Assembly: GCA_951406725.2 (NCBI GenBank)
Contig: OX597833.1
Coordinates: 73,036,001 to 73,100,000, forward strand
Length of the DNA stretch: 64,000 bases
Reading direction: 5' to 3'
Source: Octopus vulgaris
Lineage: Eukaryota
The translations under genes were made by a program, and so were the position numbers. Below are positions 1 through 15,095 of the stretch, piece by piece (the stretch's first letter is position 1; each line of letters begins with the position of its first letter). The notes below the pieces were generated by a model that made no database searches, was not told where the DNA came from, and saw only the letters and a list, made by a program, of their open reading frames with translations.

Positions 1-623
1 CATAATGTAATCCTCAGATAAAAACAATTTGTGGCAAAGCTCACCTACACTTGTGCAGTTTGCATTCACCTTAATCCAATCAATCCAAGGTTTGGATTGA
101 TCTGATACAATGGCCCAAGATGCTGCATAATGCGTTTGAACCCAACACGTCTATGATTGCAAAGTAAGCTTTTCAAGTACTCTGCCATGCCTGCATCATA
201 CACACAGGGATGAGAAAGAGATTTAAAGGGCCAATATTGCTTATAATTGCACATCTGGGTAAAGACGTGGTTGTGCGATTAAGAAGTTTGCTTCTCAACT
301 AAATGGTGTTAGTTCAGTCCCACCGAATGGTATCTTAGGCCTGTGTCTTCTGCTGCAGTCTCCATGCCAACTGAAGCCTGTCGTATGCACACACACACAC
401 ACACACACACAAAGTTTGTCTCCTTGCCATGACTTTGTGTGAATAAGTGTCACCATGATACAAACAGTGTTATTTCTTTCCAACAATCTGCATAAACAGG
501 TCTGGTCATGGAGAAATATTATAATAGCCATGTATCTCTACAGTAGCACATCTATTTCTGCCCTCCTTTTTGCTCTCTCTCTCTCTCTCTCTCACTGGGT
601 AGCCATATATCTCCTCTATAGCA

Positions 624-850
624 AGACACCTATTTCTGCCTCTCTAACCTTTCCTCATCTGACACTGGACCACCTCCTCCACTGCTCACTCCCATTATAG
701 CCAGACACCTATTTCTGCCTCTCTATTTCTCTGTCACACTCTAACCTTTCCTCATCTGACACTGGACCACCTCTTCCACTGCTCGCTCCCATTATAGCCA
801 GACACCTATTTCTGCCTCTTTGTCACCCTCCAACCTTTCATCCTCTGACA
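624..850. repeat. Three imperfect tandem copies of an ~80-97-bp unit
   Basis: agacacctatttctgcctct...ctaacctttcctcatctgacactggaccacct...ctcccattatagcc is repeated. Confidence 0.8.
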
Positions 851-914
851 CAAGTTCTCCTCCTCAAATGCCCCCCTCCCCTCTCATAATTCCTTGTTGT
901 GTTAGTTACTTGGT

Positions 915-1210
915 GACCCTGCCGGTGCTGAGGCCACGTTAGAAGCATCTAGTCCACACTGCAAAGCAGTTGGCATTTGAAAGGGTATCCAACTGTAAAA
1001 ATCATGCCAAAACTAACCTCACCTGTGCTAGTGCCATGTAAAAAGCACCAAGTCCACTCTGCAGAGTGGTCGGTGTTAGGAAGGGCATCCAGCTGTAAAA
1101 TCCCTGCCACAACAGACACAGTAGCCCAGGGTAATTTTTCTATCTGGCCAGCTCCCATGAATTGTCCTACCCATGCATGCGTGGAAGATGGACATTAAAC
1201 GATGATGATA
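915..1210 (+). mobile_element. RTE-family 3' UTR copy with internal duplication
   Basis: ggtgttaggaagggcatccagctgtaaaa...cccatgcatgcgtggaagatggacattaaacgatgatgat. Similar copies at about 31890-32083 (+) and 37630-37860 (-). Confidence 0.65.
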
Positions 1211-2689
1211 CACACACACACACAGTGATAGCAGAATATGAAATAAAATGTTTTAAAAATAAATGTTTTTAAATGGTATTAAAATATTATCTGTTGAGCC
1301 TTCACTGAGAAAGACAAGCTAAGTTTTGATAATTTACCTAATTAAAAAATGTCTAGTAATATCTATTCTTCTCAAAAATGAAAATAGAAGTTAGTAACTT
1401 CCTAATTCTTTTAAAACTCTTTCTAAATAATGCTTGTCTGTCTGTGTGTTGCACTAATGACCACGAGCTCATGGGTTTGATTCTCAGGCTGAGCAGCAAA
1501 GTGTGTTCTTGAGCAAACACTTCATTTTATGTTGGTCCAGTCTGCTCAGCTGTAAATGGATCAACCTCTGACAAATTCGCTTTCCAGTCAGGGCCAGATG
1601 TCAGCCTGCTTGCCAAGCCAGCAAGTAGGGTGGCATCGTTCGAAAGGTAAAATGATGCAAAGCACATTGTAACCAGCAAAATATAGCAACATCCAATAAC
1701 CTGGTCACATCATGTATATATTATCATATTTCAAATATTTCACATGAAACATTGACATTTAAATGCCAACTCAAATTGAACATTTTACCTTCTTGCTGCA
1801 GCAAAGCAATGCTTATCAAACTAATAATTTATCATATAAAGCTGTGTTTCTTAAAGAGAAGTCTATGGATATCGAAAGATAAGCAGACAAATTGGTCTGT
1901 TTAGTAATGTTAAGATGATTTTTAAATTTCAAAGAACTGGGAATTCTACAGATGTATTTTGCTGAATCATCTTTTCAATGCTTCTGTGAGTCTGATGGAA
2001 TTTGTGGAGACAGGTTTTCTATGACTGGATGCCATGCCTTTTGCCAACGCTCACTTCTTTCCTCATGACATTGGACTTGTTTTCAAAGAAGATTAGAAAC
2101 AGCTGACACCTCACGTTTGACAGGGACAACCATTGACAACCATCATCCTGTGAGTCAAGACAAGGAGACACACATTCACGATGAACTCTTCTCAGTTTCC
2201 ATCCATCCAATCCACTCACCCAGCTTTGGTCAGCTTGGAGCTATAGTAGCTAAGACACTTGTTCAAGGTGCTATGCAATGAGATTGAACCTGAATACCCT
2301 AGTTGGGGAGCACACTTCTTAACCACTCGACCATGCCTGTCCTTTCTCATTAATAACTAATTGGTCTCAGACTAAATGCTTCAGTTCAAATTCTTCTCTG
2401 TAGGATGGAAACTGGAACTGCTTTACCAAGACAACAGATCAAAGTGGCGCCCTCTGTTGCCATCTGCTTTGCAAAACATTTCACTTTGATTTTTCTGGGG
2501 TTTTTTTCTTCACAATTAATTTGGATTTTTATTTACTGTTTGACATTTAGTTTTCACTTCAGTAGGAAACAAGGAATTGTTAATAAAAAGCAAAAAGTAT
2601 ATTTTAAAGATGTGTGTGCATGTTGCTGTTGTTGTTGTTGCATGTATCACATCTGAATATGTCCAAGTGCAGTCTTTGAAATATTGCCT

Positions 2690-3205
2690 AAGTTTTGCAT
2701 TTAAATATTGGGGACGTGCCACATTTGAATATGGGTTAATGTTGTACTTGAACACATCCACATGCCATATGTATACACTTGCATGCTCTGTATTAAACAC
2801 ATGCTTCTGTTATGTTTGAACACGTTCACAGGATGCATTTGAACACGTTCACAGACACATAAGCAAGTCGTACCTAAACACTGTACCTACACAACAAAGA
2901 CAAACTTGAAACTCATCCATGTGTCATGTTTGTACATGCATCCATGGTTCATATCTAAACATTGTATTTGAATGCATGAATGCAATTTGAGTGCATCTCC
3001 AGCACATACCTGAACTCCTCCCTGGAACATCCACATGTTTAAACATGTGCCTGGTTCATATCTAAACACATTCATGTATCACATTTGGACATGCCCCATG
3101 ATATTGTATTTGGATATATCCATGGATCTGATTTGAACATGATTTCCATAGAAGATGTCTACACACTGCATGTCAACATACCTACGGATAATATTTGAAC
3201 ACTTA
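2690..3205. repeat. Degenerate minisatellite (~22-25-bp units)
   Basis: Recurring tgtatttgaacacatccat / atttgaacacgttcacag-like units. Confidence 0.6.
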
Positions 3206-4600
3206 CACAGGCCAGAATTGAACTCCCAAACAGATGCCCTCTCTGTTTCGTGTCCATTTGTTTATCATGCTGATAGGTGTGTGTGTGTGTGTGTGTGAAT
3301 GGGGGTGGGGTGGAAAGGCTTCTGCAAATAAATAGATGTGCATACAGTAAGGCTTCAGATATGCAATAGTGAGTTTTAAAAAATTCAATTAACTGAGATT
3401 ATCCATGCAATTTGCAGACAAAAACTCCCTCTGAGCACTGAAAATCTTGAAAACAATAAGCAAGGGAGAAAACTCCATTTAAAAATAATCGAAAATTTTG
3501 GGAAATAAAGGTTAAGGCAGAGGGGAGTGGCTCTTTCAGTCAACTGGTGAAAACATGTTTCAGTCTTGTTAGACCTCTTCAGCAATGCCTATGCTACTTC
3601 ACTAGCAGCACTTAGAAATGTTCAGAAATGGAGAGTATTTAGTAATACTGAGTCTAAGTAACAATGTGACTAGCAAGGAGAAATAACCTCAGGAAGTGGA
3701 GTGGGGCATTCTGCATGGTAACTATAAAGATGATGGGGGTCTCACAAATGTGAAACAGGGTGGGACCTGACTGTGTGTTTGTAATGAAAATGACTATGAA
3801 TAAAATATGTGGAAAGGAAAACTGATAACTGTTCCTACTGATCACCAGACAAATTCTTAACCGTTTTCTTAGCCCATCAGATAAAATGCTGAATATCATT
3901 TCATCTGACTCTTTAAATTCTGAGTTCAAATCCTGTTGAAATCAGTTTTGCCATTCATTCTTTCTGGGTCAATAAAGGGAAGTTTCAGTCAAATATTGGA
4001 ATCAACCAATCCTTCCTCCTCAAAACTGCTGGCCTTGGGCCAAACGTTGAAACCCTATTTCAGTGGAAATACACTGATTTTGTTACAATTAATTTTGTAA
4101 ATAATGAAGTTATCAAAATGTTGTCATCATCAGTGTGATGTTTGGAACATAAATTGGCATAAAATTTTGGTGGAAGAATGATTTTATTTCGGTCACTTTA
4201 AGACAGGGAGTTTGTATCATAGAACGAGGAATGGTCTGAAGAATGTTGGTATCGACAAGGTGAAACGCATCTCCACTGAAATACACTGTATGTGTTAGCA
4301 ACGGGAAGAGCATCCCATCCAGATAAGCAGAGGGAAATAGAGGCCAAGCTCTGTGTGTGTGTGTGTATGGTTCATTACATCAGTTTCACTCTATCTAAGA
4401 GCAATACATACATACACACACACCACACACACACACACACACACATCTTTATAGTTTCTTTATTGACAGATCTATTATTCATTTGTATATTTATTTCTGT
4501 TTATTTGTTTGCAGGTTTCCTGAACGCTCAGCATTCAACCTGAATCCCCCACCTTGTTTGTGGTTATGTTAGAAAGTCTTATCTCTTCTTCTCATTTATC

Positions 4601-4814
4601 ATGGAAACAGAGCCATTCCTTCCGTTTATGGCCTCACGCCAGTCGTCTTCGGCACAGTCATCAAGCTCCTACACTAACGGTGTCTACGGCTTGGGCAGGC
4701 ATCGCAGTTCACCTCATTCTGAGTCAAGCACAGATGAAGAAATGTTGGACATTGCCTCTGAAAGCAGCCAGGTGCATAGCATGAACACCCAGCTCTATAC
4801 AGACAAATCACAAG
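4601..4814 (+). CDS. CLCN3: First coding exon (exon 4515-4814, ATG 4601, phase-1 donor) of a probable ClC-3/4/5-family H+/Cl- exchange transporter; remaining exons lie beyond the window
   Basis: Acceptor ttatttgtttgcag|gtttcc at 4514/4515 and consensus donor caag|gtaagt at 4814/4815. Non-repetitive ORF METEPFLPFMASRQSSSAQSSSSYTNGVYGLGRHRSSPHSESSTDEEMLDIASESSQVHSMNTQLYTDKSQ-G (214 nt = 71 codons + 1). SSTDEEMLDI resembles SSSDEDLMDI of long ClC-5 and SASSDEELLD of ClC-3, and EPFLPF resembles DPYLPY of ClC-3c (all recalled, not searched). The exon call is stronger than the family call. Confidence 0.6.
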
Positions 4815-7265
4815 GTAAGTCACTTCTCTCTCTCTCTCTTCATTCTGAACCAATCCAACATGGTGGTGAACTGAAGTTTCAGTTTTGAACTGATTCTCTG
4901 ATTCTTTCAAATGGAAAACTTTGACCTACGCAAAATTTAGACTTCTGTTAGTTTCTTTTAATGTTTACACTGATGAACTCTGTTGAGCTGAAATAATTTT
5001 GCAACAACCTAAATCTGTTGTCATCTTTAATTCCGGATTCTAGTTTGAATAAAGTATAAACTGACTCCTACCCACCAGCTGTCCGGTTTCTGTGTCTCTA
5101 TTGTTTGTGTTTATGCTGTTGTAATGTTTTGTTATAACTTCCATAAAATAGTCTGTTTATATGTTATTATACTATTTTGAGGCAGAAAAGTGAAACAGAT
5201 TCTTGAAACCCATAACTATCACTTGTTGGAAGCCAACATTACCAGTTTCACTGTAGAGTGCCTGCCGTTCTGTTATCTCATGAGATAATTAATCAGACAT
5301 TTAGCAGTAGCGAGATGGGTTATGTTTATAATGTGTAACATAATTGTCTTATCATTATTTGATGTTTGAAATGAGTAGGTATGAACTGTAGAGATTTTAA
5401 TGGAAATCATGTTGAAATCTCAGATTCTCTTTGCTTCACTATTTAGGTGGTTGTGTTTAGTTGCAGGTCTTCACTGATTTAGAGGATTTATAGTGTTCCG
5501 CTTGAGTCCCCCACATTTTATTTTCTGTAACTACTTCATCAATGTAGCTTTCAGGTTTTTTTGGTTTTTTTCAAGACAAGTGTGATTGGAGAGAGATTTG
5601 GTTGCTATTTCTATTTGGTAAATTAACTATAGATTTTTGTTATATGAAGGAGATGTTTGTTGGTTAAAGCTTTCAGATTTAAGAAATTTGCAGGACTTTG
5701 TAAGCGAGTGGAGGGCCAGATGCTCACCTAACCAGCCCAAGAGTCACCTTGTTAATAAACATTGTGTTTCACCCATCTAGTAGGACCTCATCTGAGGCTT
5801 TCCTGATTCAAAAATACTTGTTTTATTGTCTTCAAATTTAAATCAAAACCTTCTCTCATAAATTAACATGAAAATTTTTGTTCAATCCTGACTCAAACAC
5901 AATAATGTGTAGTAATTTTACTTTTGTTTAGAATTTTGAAAAGAATAGTAGAAGATATTTGGTCCAACTCATTGCATCCTGAGTTCCAGTTCTACTAAGG
6001 TCGACTTTGTCATTCAGCCTTTTGTGGTCGATTAAATAAAGCAACAGCTGAGTGCTGGGATTGAATTAATCACCCACTGCCCCTACCCTCAAATATCTGG
6101 CCTTGTGGCTATGGTTGGGACAATTATTATTCTCACCAGAAGCAATGGATTTCAGCAAAGATATCATCGGTCATTGCAAGATTAAAATTCTTCCAGCTTG
6201 GCTCATTCTCTTCTACAGCTTTAAATTATTAATTGAAGATAATTTGTGCTCTTCATTTTCTATGGATGCAGTTTTGGCTGTGTGGTTAAGGAGTTTGCTT
6301 TACTCTAAGTTGTTTTGGAGGGTTTTTTCTTTAAATAGCCTCAGATCGATCCAAGCCTTGTCTGTGAAACTTGGTGGATGGAAACTATGTAGAACTCCAC
6401 TGAATGATCGATTCTTATTTCTTTGTTGTGTACAACAAATTTGGTGCCTTGTTTTACATCAACCCTTGGCCCTTAATAATCTGACTTGACTCAGCTAAAC
6501 GGTTAAGTCTCCAGTTTGAAGATAACTTTTATCATTCTCAGAGGTTCTGTTCTCTTCCTTTAAGATAAAAACATACGTATATAAGATTATCTGATTATAA
6601 CCTAACTGTCAGTTTAGCTTGTATTAGTGACTGAGCTGAGATAAAAAAAAATTTTAAGATCCTTTTTTTTTCTTTTTAGAAAAAGCTAAAATGAAAGACG
6701 AAGAAGCGATTTTTCTGTCTATTACACAGTTATCTCCCTTGTATCAATTACTGATCATCTCCAGTTCAATACTTCGTTGTTTTATTTCAAATAATCGGAG
6801 TCTTTTCTTCGGCCCATTGGGTAAAAATAATTAATTGGCCTTATTTACCGGAGGATAAATATACCAGGGTTGACCTTTTATTATTTTATTATCTACAAAG
6901 TTTAATCATTTTTTTGAAAATTACACATTTTTCTGTTGAGTTTTACACACACACACACACACACACATTTCTTTTATCTTTCATTTGTTTCAGTCATTGG
7001 ATTGTGACCATGCTGGGGCACTGTCATGAAGAGTTATCATTTGGTGGGGGGTGGATAAATATAAAGCGTACCCACATGCGGACCACACACATATAAACAA
7101 ACAACAGGTTTCTTTCAGTTTCTGTCTCCCAAATCTTCTTGTGAGGCTTTGGTTGATTCAGGACTCTGGAAGAAGACACTTGCCCAAGGTGCCATGCAGT
7201 GGCACTGAGTCTGAAACTGTGTGGCTGGGAAACAGGCTTCTTATCACACATTCATGCCTACACCT

Positions 7266-7303
<38 letters not shown>

Positions 7304-7479
7304 CTATATATCTATATATATATATATATATATATATGAATATATATCATCATCATCGTTTAACGTCCGCTTTCCATGCTAGCATGGGTTATATATATAT
7401 AGATATATAGATATATATAGGCTATTGGCAACAGAAGTAGTTTTTGTATCAAATATTAATTATCGCAACACATGGAAGT

Positions 7480-7921
7480 TAAGTTGGATGTGCTAATTAA
7501 TGTGAAGTGCCAATCTGTGTTAGTGGAGGGAACCTATGGAAAGGGTAAGCTCAGGAAGATGAGGGATGAAGTGAGAAGGGAGGATTTTCAGATGCTGAGC
7601 TTCACTGAGGAGATGACGAGGAACTGGGACTTCTGGTGATCTGTCAAGCTAAGTAGAATTGTGGCCATCCATACTTACAGGAGTGTTCTTTATGGTCATG
7701 CCCCCCCCACTCCCTCTCGTAGCTGAGAGGTCTTTGTCTGCAGGTGCCAGTGCCACGTGGCACACTCTGTAAAGTGGTTGGTGCTAGGAAGGACATCCAG
7801 TTGTAGAGGTCATGCCCAGACAATTGAAGCCCTGACAGCTCTCTGGCTGACCAGTTCCTGTCAAACCGTCCAACCCATACCCACATGGAAAATGAATAGT
7901 AAATGCTGATGATGATGATGA
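7480..7921 (+). mobile_element. RTE LINE 3' end
   Basis: VEGTYGKGKLRKMRDEVRREDFQMLSFTEEMTRNWDFW (the GRPRKTW..V..D...LGLTEEM pattern), then the family 3' UTR and (GAT)n. Confidence 0.7.
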
Positions 7922-9300
7922 GATATATAAAACATAACATCAGAGAAAATATATGGGAAGCATGACGAATTGTTTGCTATAAGTATCATCATCATCATTT
8001 AAGAATCCATTATCATCCTGTCTTTATTTTTTCAAATGGATGAGAAGTGCTTAAAAACATGAGGCTTATTTTCTGAGTGGTCAGTTGGTCTGAATGCTTT
8101 CTGAAGTAGAAACTCTTCTGTGGACATCTAAGAACAGACAGCAATCCATCCCAAATGCCTCCGTTTAGTTCCTCTTTTGTCTGCTACTTTTGCTCACAGA
8201 ACTGGAATCACCTGAAGACTCAATGGTAGAAGTCTTTGATGAGTTGCAGTTTGAAATCGGGGCGAGATTATGGTAATGCCTGATGTTCAGTGTGAGTGTT
8301 TGCAGGTAAATGTTTGTAGAGATAAGATGGACCGGAATGGTGCGGATGGCAAAGAGATGTGGCCCCTGGGAAAGGTGGATCAGATTGGGGTTTTATCTTT
8401 TACTTGTTTCAGTCATTGGACTGACACCATCCTGGGGCACTAACTTGAGTAAATTGATTCAAATACTTACTTGCTATTTATTCTGTCAGTCTCTTTTGCC
8501 GAATTGCTAAGTTAAAGGGACATAACAAACTACAAATTGTCAAACAGTGAGGGAGACACACATAGTTGCATACATGCATTCACACATGTACGCACACACA
8601 CGCACGCACGCACACACACACACACAATGGGCTTCCATGCAGTGTTTCTGGTGACCAAATTCACTCACAAGACATTAATTGGCATGAGGCTATATTAAAA
8701 AGACATTGGCCCAAGGTGCCACACACTGTGATTGAAACAGAAACCAGCTGGCTGCAAAATGAGTTTCTTGGCAACTCAGAGTTGCACCTGCAACTAAAGC
8801 TTTTGTGAAAAGCACCTAGGTTTCTCAAGCTAAGTATTAACTTGGCTCAGACAAGAATTAATGTTTCCAAAGTGAAAGAACAGTTTTTCAAAGGAGCAAA
8901 AACATCATCATCGTTAAACGTCTATATGCTTTCTAAACCTGTTGAAAATAGCAGCTAAATCTCCATCTGTCCACTCCTTAATGGATTAAAAGGGAAGAAG
9001 ACAAATTATTACTATAGTAATTAGAGCATCAAATAAAATGCTTGCGTGTTATTAAATAATATCCTGAGTTTGAGTTCCACCAAGGTCAGTTTTTCCATCC
9101 ATCCTTCTGCCAGATAAAGGGCCAGGCCTGTAGTGCCTATGTTATATATTGTTAGGACATTGATTTTGTGCCAATTCTATGCGAGGTGAGGAGTTTATCG
9201 ATAAACTCCATTAATTTGCTCCGACTCACCACATCGATAAACAGGAAGATAACTCTGGAATCATTAAACAGTTTCAAATACTTTCGCTAAATACACAACA

Positions 9301-9345
<45 letters not shown>

Positions 9346-10479
9346 GACGAATGCACATACACACATACATCACATTACACACACGTACACATCATAGAAA
9401 TGTTTGTTTCTCTAGATTTTTGTAGGACCAAGATGGAAATCAAAACGAAATAAACTCTCTCCCTTTTTCTTGTCCTTGTTTCTTTGACTCTGTCTCTCTC
9501 TATTTGTCTCTCCCCCCTCTCTCTCTCTCCTCTCTTTTCATGCACCCACACTGAAATCTCCAGTGAAGCCAATGACATAGCCCATAGCCTCTATGTGGTT
9601 GTTTGATCTGCTGAAACTAGATGCCAAATCTTCCTCAAATCACACCTTAGAGTCTTTATTAAAAATAAAAGGACAACCATACTGGATGATATACCCTGGG
9701 GTATGCTATTCCCTGGAAGAAAAAAGCAATGGTTGCAGCTGGGGTTGACTTGTGGCCATGCAACCACCACCACCACCACCACCACCACAATGATTGATAT
9801 GATAGATGTGAATGATAAGTCACAGAATAACTGATGCCTGGTGAGTGATCTGGATGTATCAATCTCGACTTATTTATTGAAGATGAACAGCAGCAATATC
9901 TAAGGAATACAATGGAAGGCAGGGTAGGCATGGTAGGCTTGGCAGTGGTATTAAGAAGTTCCTTTAGCAACCGTTGTATGGCACCTGGAACAAGTCTCTT
10001 CTACTGAAGTCTGAGGTTCACCAACACCTTGGGGGTGGGGTGAAAGTTGGCAGAAAGAATGCACATGCTCATACATATGCACACATACATACGTGCACAC
10101 CCATCCATACATATATACACACATACATACATTCATTCATTCATTCATTCACACACAGTGTGTGTATATCTTAGCAGAGACACTGGATTGTGATGGCGTT
10201 TAAGTCATCCATATAGAACAAAAAGTGTCTGGCAATTTTTTGGTTTGACATGCGAAGACACGGAATAAAGTAGCTTTGCTTGAAGACACTGAAAACAGGT
10301 AAGGCTGGGCATGGAAAAGGAAATCATAATACCTGTTGTATTAAGGAACTGAGTCTGAAAAATCTTGGGTTTGTATTCCATTTATTTAAAGTTAGGTGTA
10401 TCAGGGTGGATAGGGTGCAACCTCAACGAGAAAGTGAGTAATGATAGTTTTAGGTGTTATCTATCTATCTATCTATCTA

Positions 10480-10518
<39 letters not shown>

Positions 10519-10822
10519 TGCATATATGTATGTATTGTATGTATGTATGATGTGTAAGCCATTGTGCTGACAGAATTGTTAGTTTGCTGCTCAAAATACT
10601 TAACAACATTTCGTCCATCTTTATTTCTGAGTTCAAATTTTGTTGTCGTCAGCTTTGCCTTTCATCCTTTTGAGGGTCAATAAAATAAGTACGAGTTGAA
10701 TACTGGGGTCAACGTAATTGACTTACCCCCACCCACCTCCACCAAAATTTCTGGTCTTCTGCTAAAATTTGAAACCAATATGTGTGTGTGTGTGTATAAT
10801 CATGTATATAATGTGTGTAAAT

Positions 10823-10867
<45 letters not shown>

Positions 10868-10871
10868 AAAT

Positions 10872-11185
10872 GAAGGCACATGGCTCAATGGTTAGAGCTC
10901 ACAATCATGAAATAGTGAGTTCGATTCCCGGACCAGGCTGTGTATTGTGTTCCTGAGCAAAACAGTTTATTTCACTTGGCTCCAGTTCACTCAGCTTGTA
11001 GAAATGAGTTGTGACGTCACTGGTGCCACGCTATATTGGCCCCTTTGCCTTTCCCTTGGCATGGAGGGAGGGGCTGGTATCCATTCTGGTCCTTTATAAA
11101 CAACCTTGCCTAGAATTGTGCCTCAGAGAAACTTTATAGGTGCAATCCCATAGTCATTGATGACCGAAGGGAGTCTTTACCCTTT
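10872..11185 (+). mobile_element. tRNA-derived SINE family C
   Basis: Pol III A box tggctcaatgg and B box gagttcgattcc, then tgtgttcctgagcaaaacag...ccagttcactcagc. Related copies at about 1455-1710 (+) and 37190-37340 (-). Confidence 0.65.
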
Positions 11186-11243
11186 ATAGGTATGTGTGTG
11201 TGTGTATATAATGTATGTATATGAGTATACATTGTGTGTATAG

Positions 11244-11276
<33 letters not shown>

Positions 11277-14200
11277 AAGAGTTGTTGCATAAACAAAAAT
11301 CACCTGACGTTCTTTACGTTTGACCGAGTTATCTCCCTTCGCCAATTATTTTCCGTTACCTTTTGTGATTAAAGTAACTGCTGGAAGGAACTTCCACCGT
11401 TGAGGGCGGAAGTGGTGAGCACCAGCATGGCCACAGTCCACACACTGAAGCTAACCGTTGTCTGATAGAAAAAAAAAAAAAAAGGAAATACTCGCAATTC
11501 TTGTTGTAATGGTAACTAATTATACCAGAAACTGTTCCAGGAACTGAACAGGTCGCCTTTAAGTGATCACTTGATATGCTAGAAATAGCGGCCAAATTTT
11601 CTCTTTAATCATATCTTCGGATCTTGAGGAGAAGAATGGACATATTAGATAATGCAGTCCTTGTTGCATGTTGTATGTCTCGAAAAAATGGTTTGGTCAT
11701 GGCTAGATTGTCTTTGACCGAATGTCTGATTAGAGCCAACTTGAAGCTAATCAACAACATAATCTCCACAGTTATTCTTTGAGTCAGTCTGTTAGAATCA
11801 GCCACATTTCCCTTTAATCACACCTCAAAGAGGAAGAACATAATTTGCGATTGTCGTGGTTAGGGTTAGGGTCTTAGGTCAGCTCAACCAGGGATAAATT
11901 AAAGATAAAGGGAACCTCAGTGGGATCACTACAGTCTGCTTGTAATAGAAGTCAAACTTCCTTCAAATCACAACTTACTGGTTCCCCCCCCCCTACTAAA
12001 AAGGAAGAAAATATTGGATAATGTAGGATGGTCAGGGTTGGAAAGGCTTTGATCATAAGTCTGCTTGATCAGGAATAACTTGGGGCTAAAACAGCAACAG
12101 CTTGAACAATACTGTAAAGACACACACACACACATACATGCAACAGGCACACGTACTCACACACAATAGACACCATCACATGTGCACACACACACACACA
12201 ATAGTCTGAGTGTAATTTTGATTGATATTCATAGGAAATCTATTGATCAAGCGAAGAGGTTTACATAGCAACACTTGACAGTCTCACCACACAACGCATT
12301 GGATATTAGTGTGTGTGTGTGCATGTGAATTAGTGTCCATGCATGTGTGTTGCACCGGATATTAGTGTGTGTGTTTCTTGTGTTGTGATTAATAAATAAA
12401 ATCACACACACACACACACACACACACATTCAGTTGATGGTGAAGACCAACAGTTGTCATCATGGTGATTCTTCTTTACTTCCAGTTCTGTCAGCCTCAC
12501 ACAGACCAATATGAATGAGTATATGATCAAAAGACACTCCAGCTGTGGCTATCCCACCGTTTTTTCAACTTTTTTTTTATCAAATATAGTATTTCTAGAA
12601 GTTCTTGAAGGGCCTGAATTCCTACTTTTAAGGAGGTAGTGTGAATGGAGGGATTATTTTCTTGCTATTTGTAGCAGGTTAATCATTAGTATAGGGACTT
12701 TTATTTTTTACTCTTTTGCTGTAATTGTTTGGTTCTAGCTCAGTCTTGATCAAGCTAATCTATGCCCAAAGACTGTCCAATTGTGACCATTCTGCCTTTC
12801 TTACTTCTTCAGACAGGACTACATTGTTTAATGTTTCCTTTTCTACTTTAAAGACCCTACAGTGTGAATTGAGGGTGATTTGGCTGTTGTTTTTCCCAGT
12901 TCAAGCAACCGAGAGAATCCTTCATTAGCTCAGATTCCCTTGTCGGCAAGAGTATTGGTTTCCCAATAAGACAGGCAAAAATTCACAAAATCTTGATGGT
13001 TTCCTGAGAAAAGCTGTGTCTTTTATAAATGCTGACAAATACGACTGTCTGTCTGTCTGTGTGTCTGTCTGTCTGTGTGTCTGTATGTTGAGTCAAGAAA
13101 ATCATTTTGAATATTTGTAAATCTGATCCGACTGTGAGACACTTTAAGCAAATGTTTCCTACCCCATTATATTACTGGTACTAAGAGCCACAGCTGATTG
13201 ACCCCTTTACTGATGAGGTTCTTGTAAACCTCAGTCAGTTTGGTTGTTAAAAGGTACCACATTGATATTGTATCACTAAATAAGTGTTTAACCAGCAGTA
13301 CAAACCAACAGCCATCATTGTTTCTTGGTTTATTGCCCTTATACTCACCATCCATACCCTCCACCCCACTGTCAGCATCATTTCCCTCCCACATCAATGC
13401 ACCCCCTACACACTCACACACTATCAATCCTCACAAATCACACCATATCAGCTTCAAAAACGACACACTGGTTAATTTAGCCCAAGGTACACAGTGTCTG
13501 AAAGAATTGGACTTGATAGTCATGGCTGGAATGCCTTTGATTATAGGTATGACTGATCAACAACAGTCACCCTGACCCTCATACCTTAATATTTAATACC
13601 CTCCCCCCCCCTCTGTCACTTCCCTGTCCCCCATACACCGCCGCCCCCTACCCTCCAGGATCCTGTCCATTTATTTCCTTTTTACTGACTTTTGTTGGTG
13701 GTCTGTGGCCATGCTGGAACATTACCCTTAACTCTAAAGCCAATTATACCAACCCCAGTATCTGACTGATACTTATTTGAGTCAACAAAGGAGCATCTAT
13801 TAGGTTGTTTGGTCTTCTAGAAATAGCAGTCAAATCTACCTCAAATCACGCTTTATTGTTTTACAAAAACGAGCAACATATTGTATGGTGTAGTCTTAGA
13901 TACACTATGCCTGAAAAGATTGGATGGTTACTACTAGAACATTGTTGATCATAAGCCTGTTGTTGTTGCATGGCCTAGGGTTAAATAACAACAGTTGTAA
14001 TATTCTTGATCAAAGGTGGAAAGCTGGCAGACTTGTTAATGTGCTGAGCAAAAATGCTGAATGGTTTTTCTTCTGATTCTTTATGTTCTGAGTTCAAATC
14101 CCACCAAGGTGGACTCTGCCTTTCATCCTCCTGAAATCAATAAGGTACCAGTCATGTACTGGTGTTGGTGTGTTTGCCTTGTACCAAAATAAGAATTGTA

Positions 14201-15095
14201 ATCTTTGACTTGGAATGCAAGAAAGGCAAAAGCCACTTGTGATGGGATTTGAATTCAAAATGTCAAAAAGCAGAAATCAACCTTCACAAGGTTTATTTTA
14301 TTTTGCTCCACCAATTCTGCTCCTCACCATTTCATGTCATTGATGTTTGCAGAAAACTGAAGTTAGTAATAAACCCTGCTTCATGAAAGGATACTCAATA
14401 AAAACAAACAAAAGAGACCAAAATATTTTTAGAATATTTTGCTGAGTCTCCAAGACAAGTTGAGAAGGAGGAGGAGGTTGGCTGGAACAGAAGAAAATGA
14501 GGTAAAGACACCCCCAAATTCGGATTGTTGTTTAACCTTAACTCTTCTCTTCTCAAGCAGTCTTATGTTCAAAAGGCATTCCAGATATGGCCATCTGGCT
14601 GGGTTTTTTTTTTGTTCCTGTTTTATGCAATGTGTTTCTTTATTTAATGCAGTAGAGGGATTTCATTGCTGTTTCTAGTGCATAGAATCCCCTAAAATGG
14701 ATGAGTGATATCATTGAAAGCTGGCTGGTCGACCCTGTGACATTATAACAATTTCCTCTTTTCTCCCCCCCCCCCAACAAAGTGGCATTGTTCAAATGAA
14801 TAAAGTACGAATCTGTGATTGAGGCATCTCCATCCACACCCAGCAGCTCTTCCCCAATTAAGCTGTTCAGTTAATTGTTGGAATAGCAGCATCTACTCCC
14901 CACCCTCCTTTCACAATTGTTTTGGTTTTGAAGGAATAGAATAATGGGAGTCTATGGAATTGGTGAAGCTGAGTCAATGTCATACACATGCAACAGCATC
15001 ATCAAACAGTCCCACCAAACGACCAGCAACATTTCTGTATCAACCCCCACCTTCAGTCATACTCTACATGGACAGTTTTAGAAATATTTGTTTAA

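Noticed and set aside
10872-10940. tRNA-like A and B boxes
   Set aside because: No complete cloverleaf and it continues into a repeated body, so it is a SINE head and not a tRNA gene.
6728-11340. Shared 13-mer agttatctccctt at about 6729 and 11327
   Set aside because: Only two occurrences with no flanking similarity; I cannot support a function from this window.
11858-11871. ggttagggttaggg telomere-like hexamers (also aaccctaaccct near 52203)
   Set aside because: Only two units, expected by chance.
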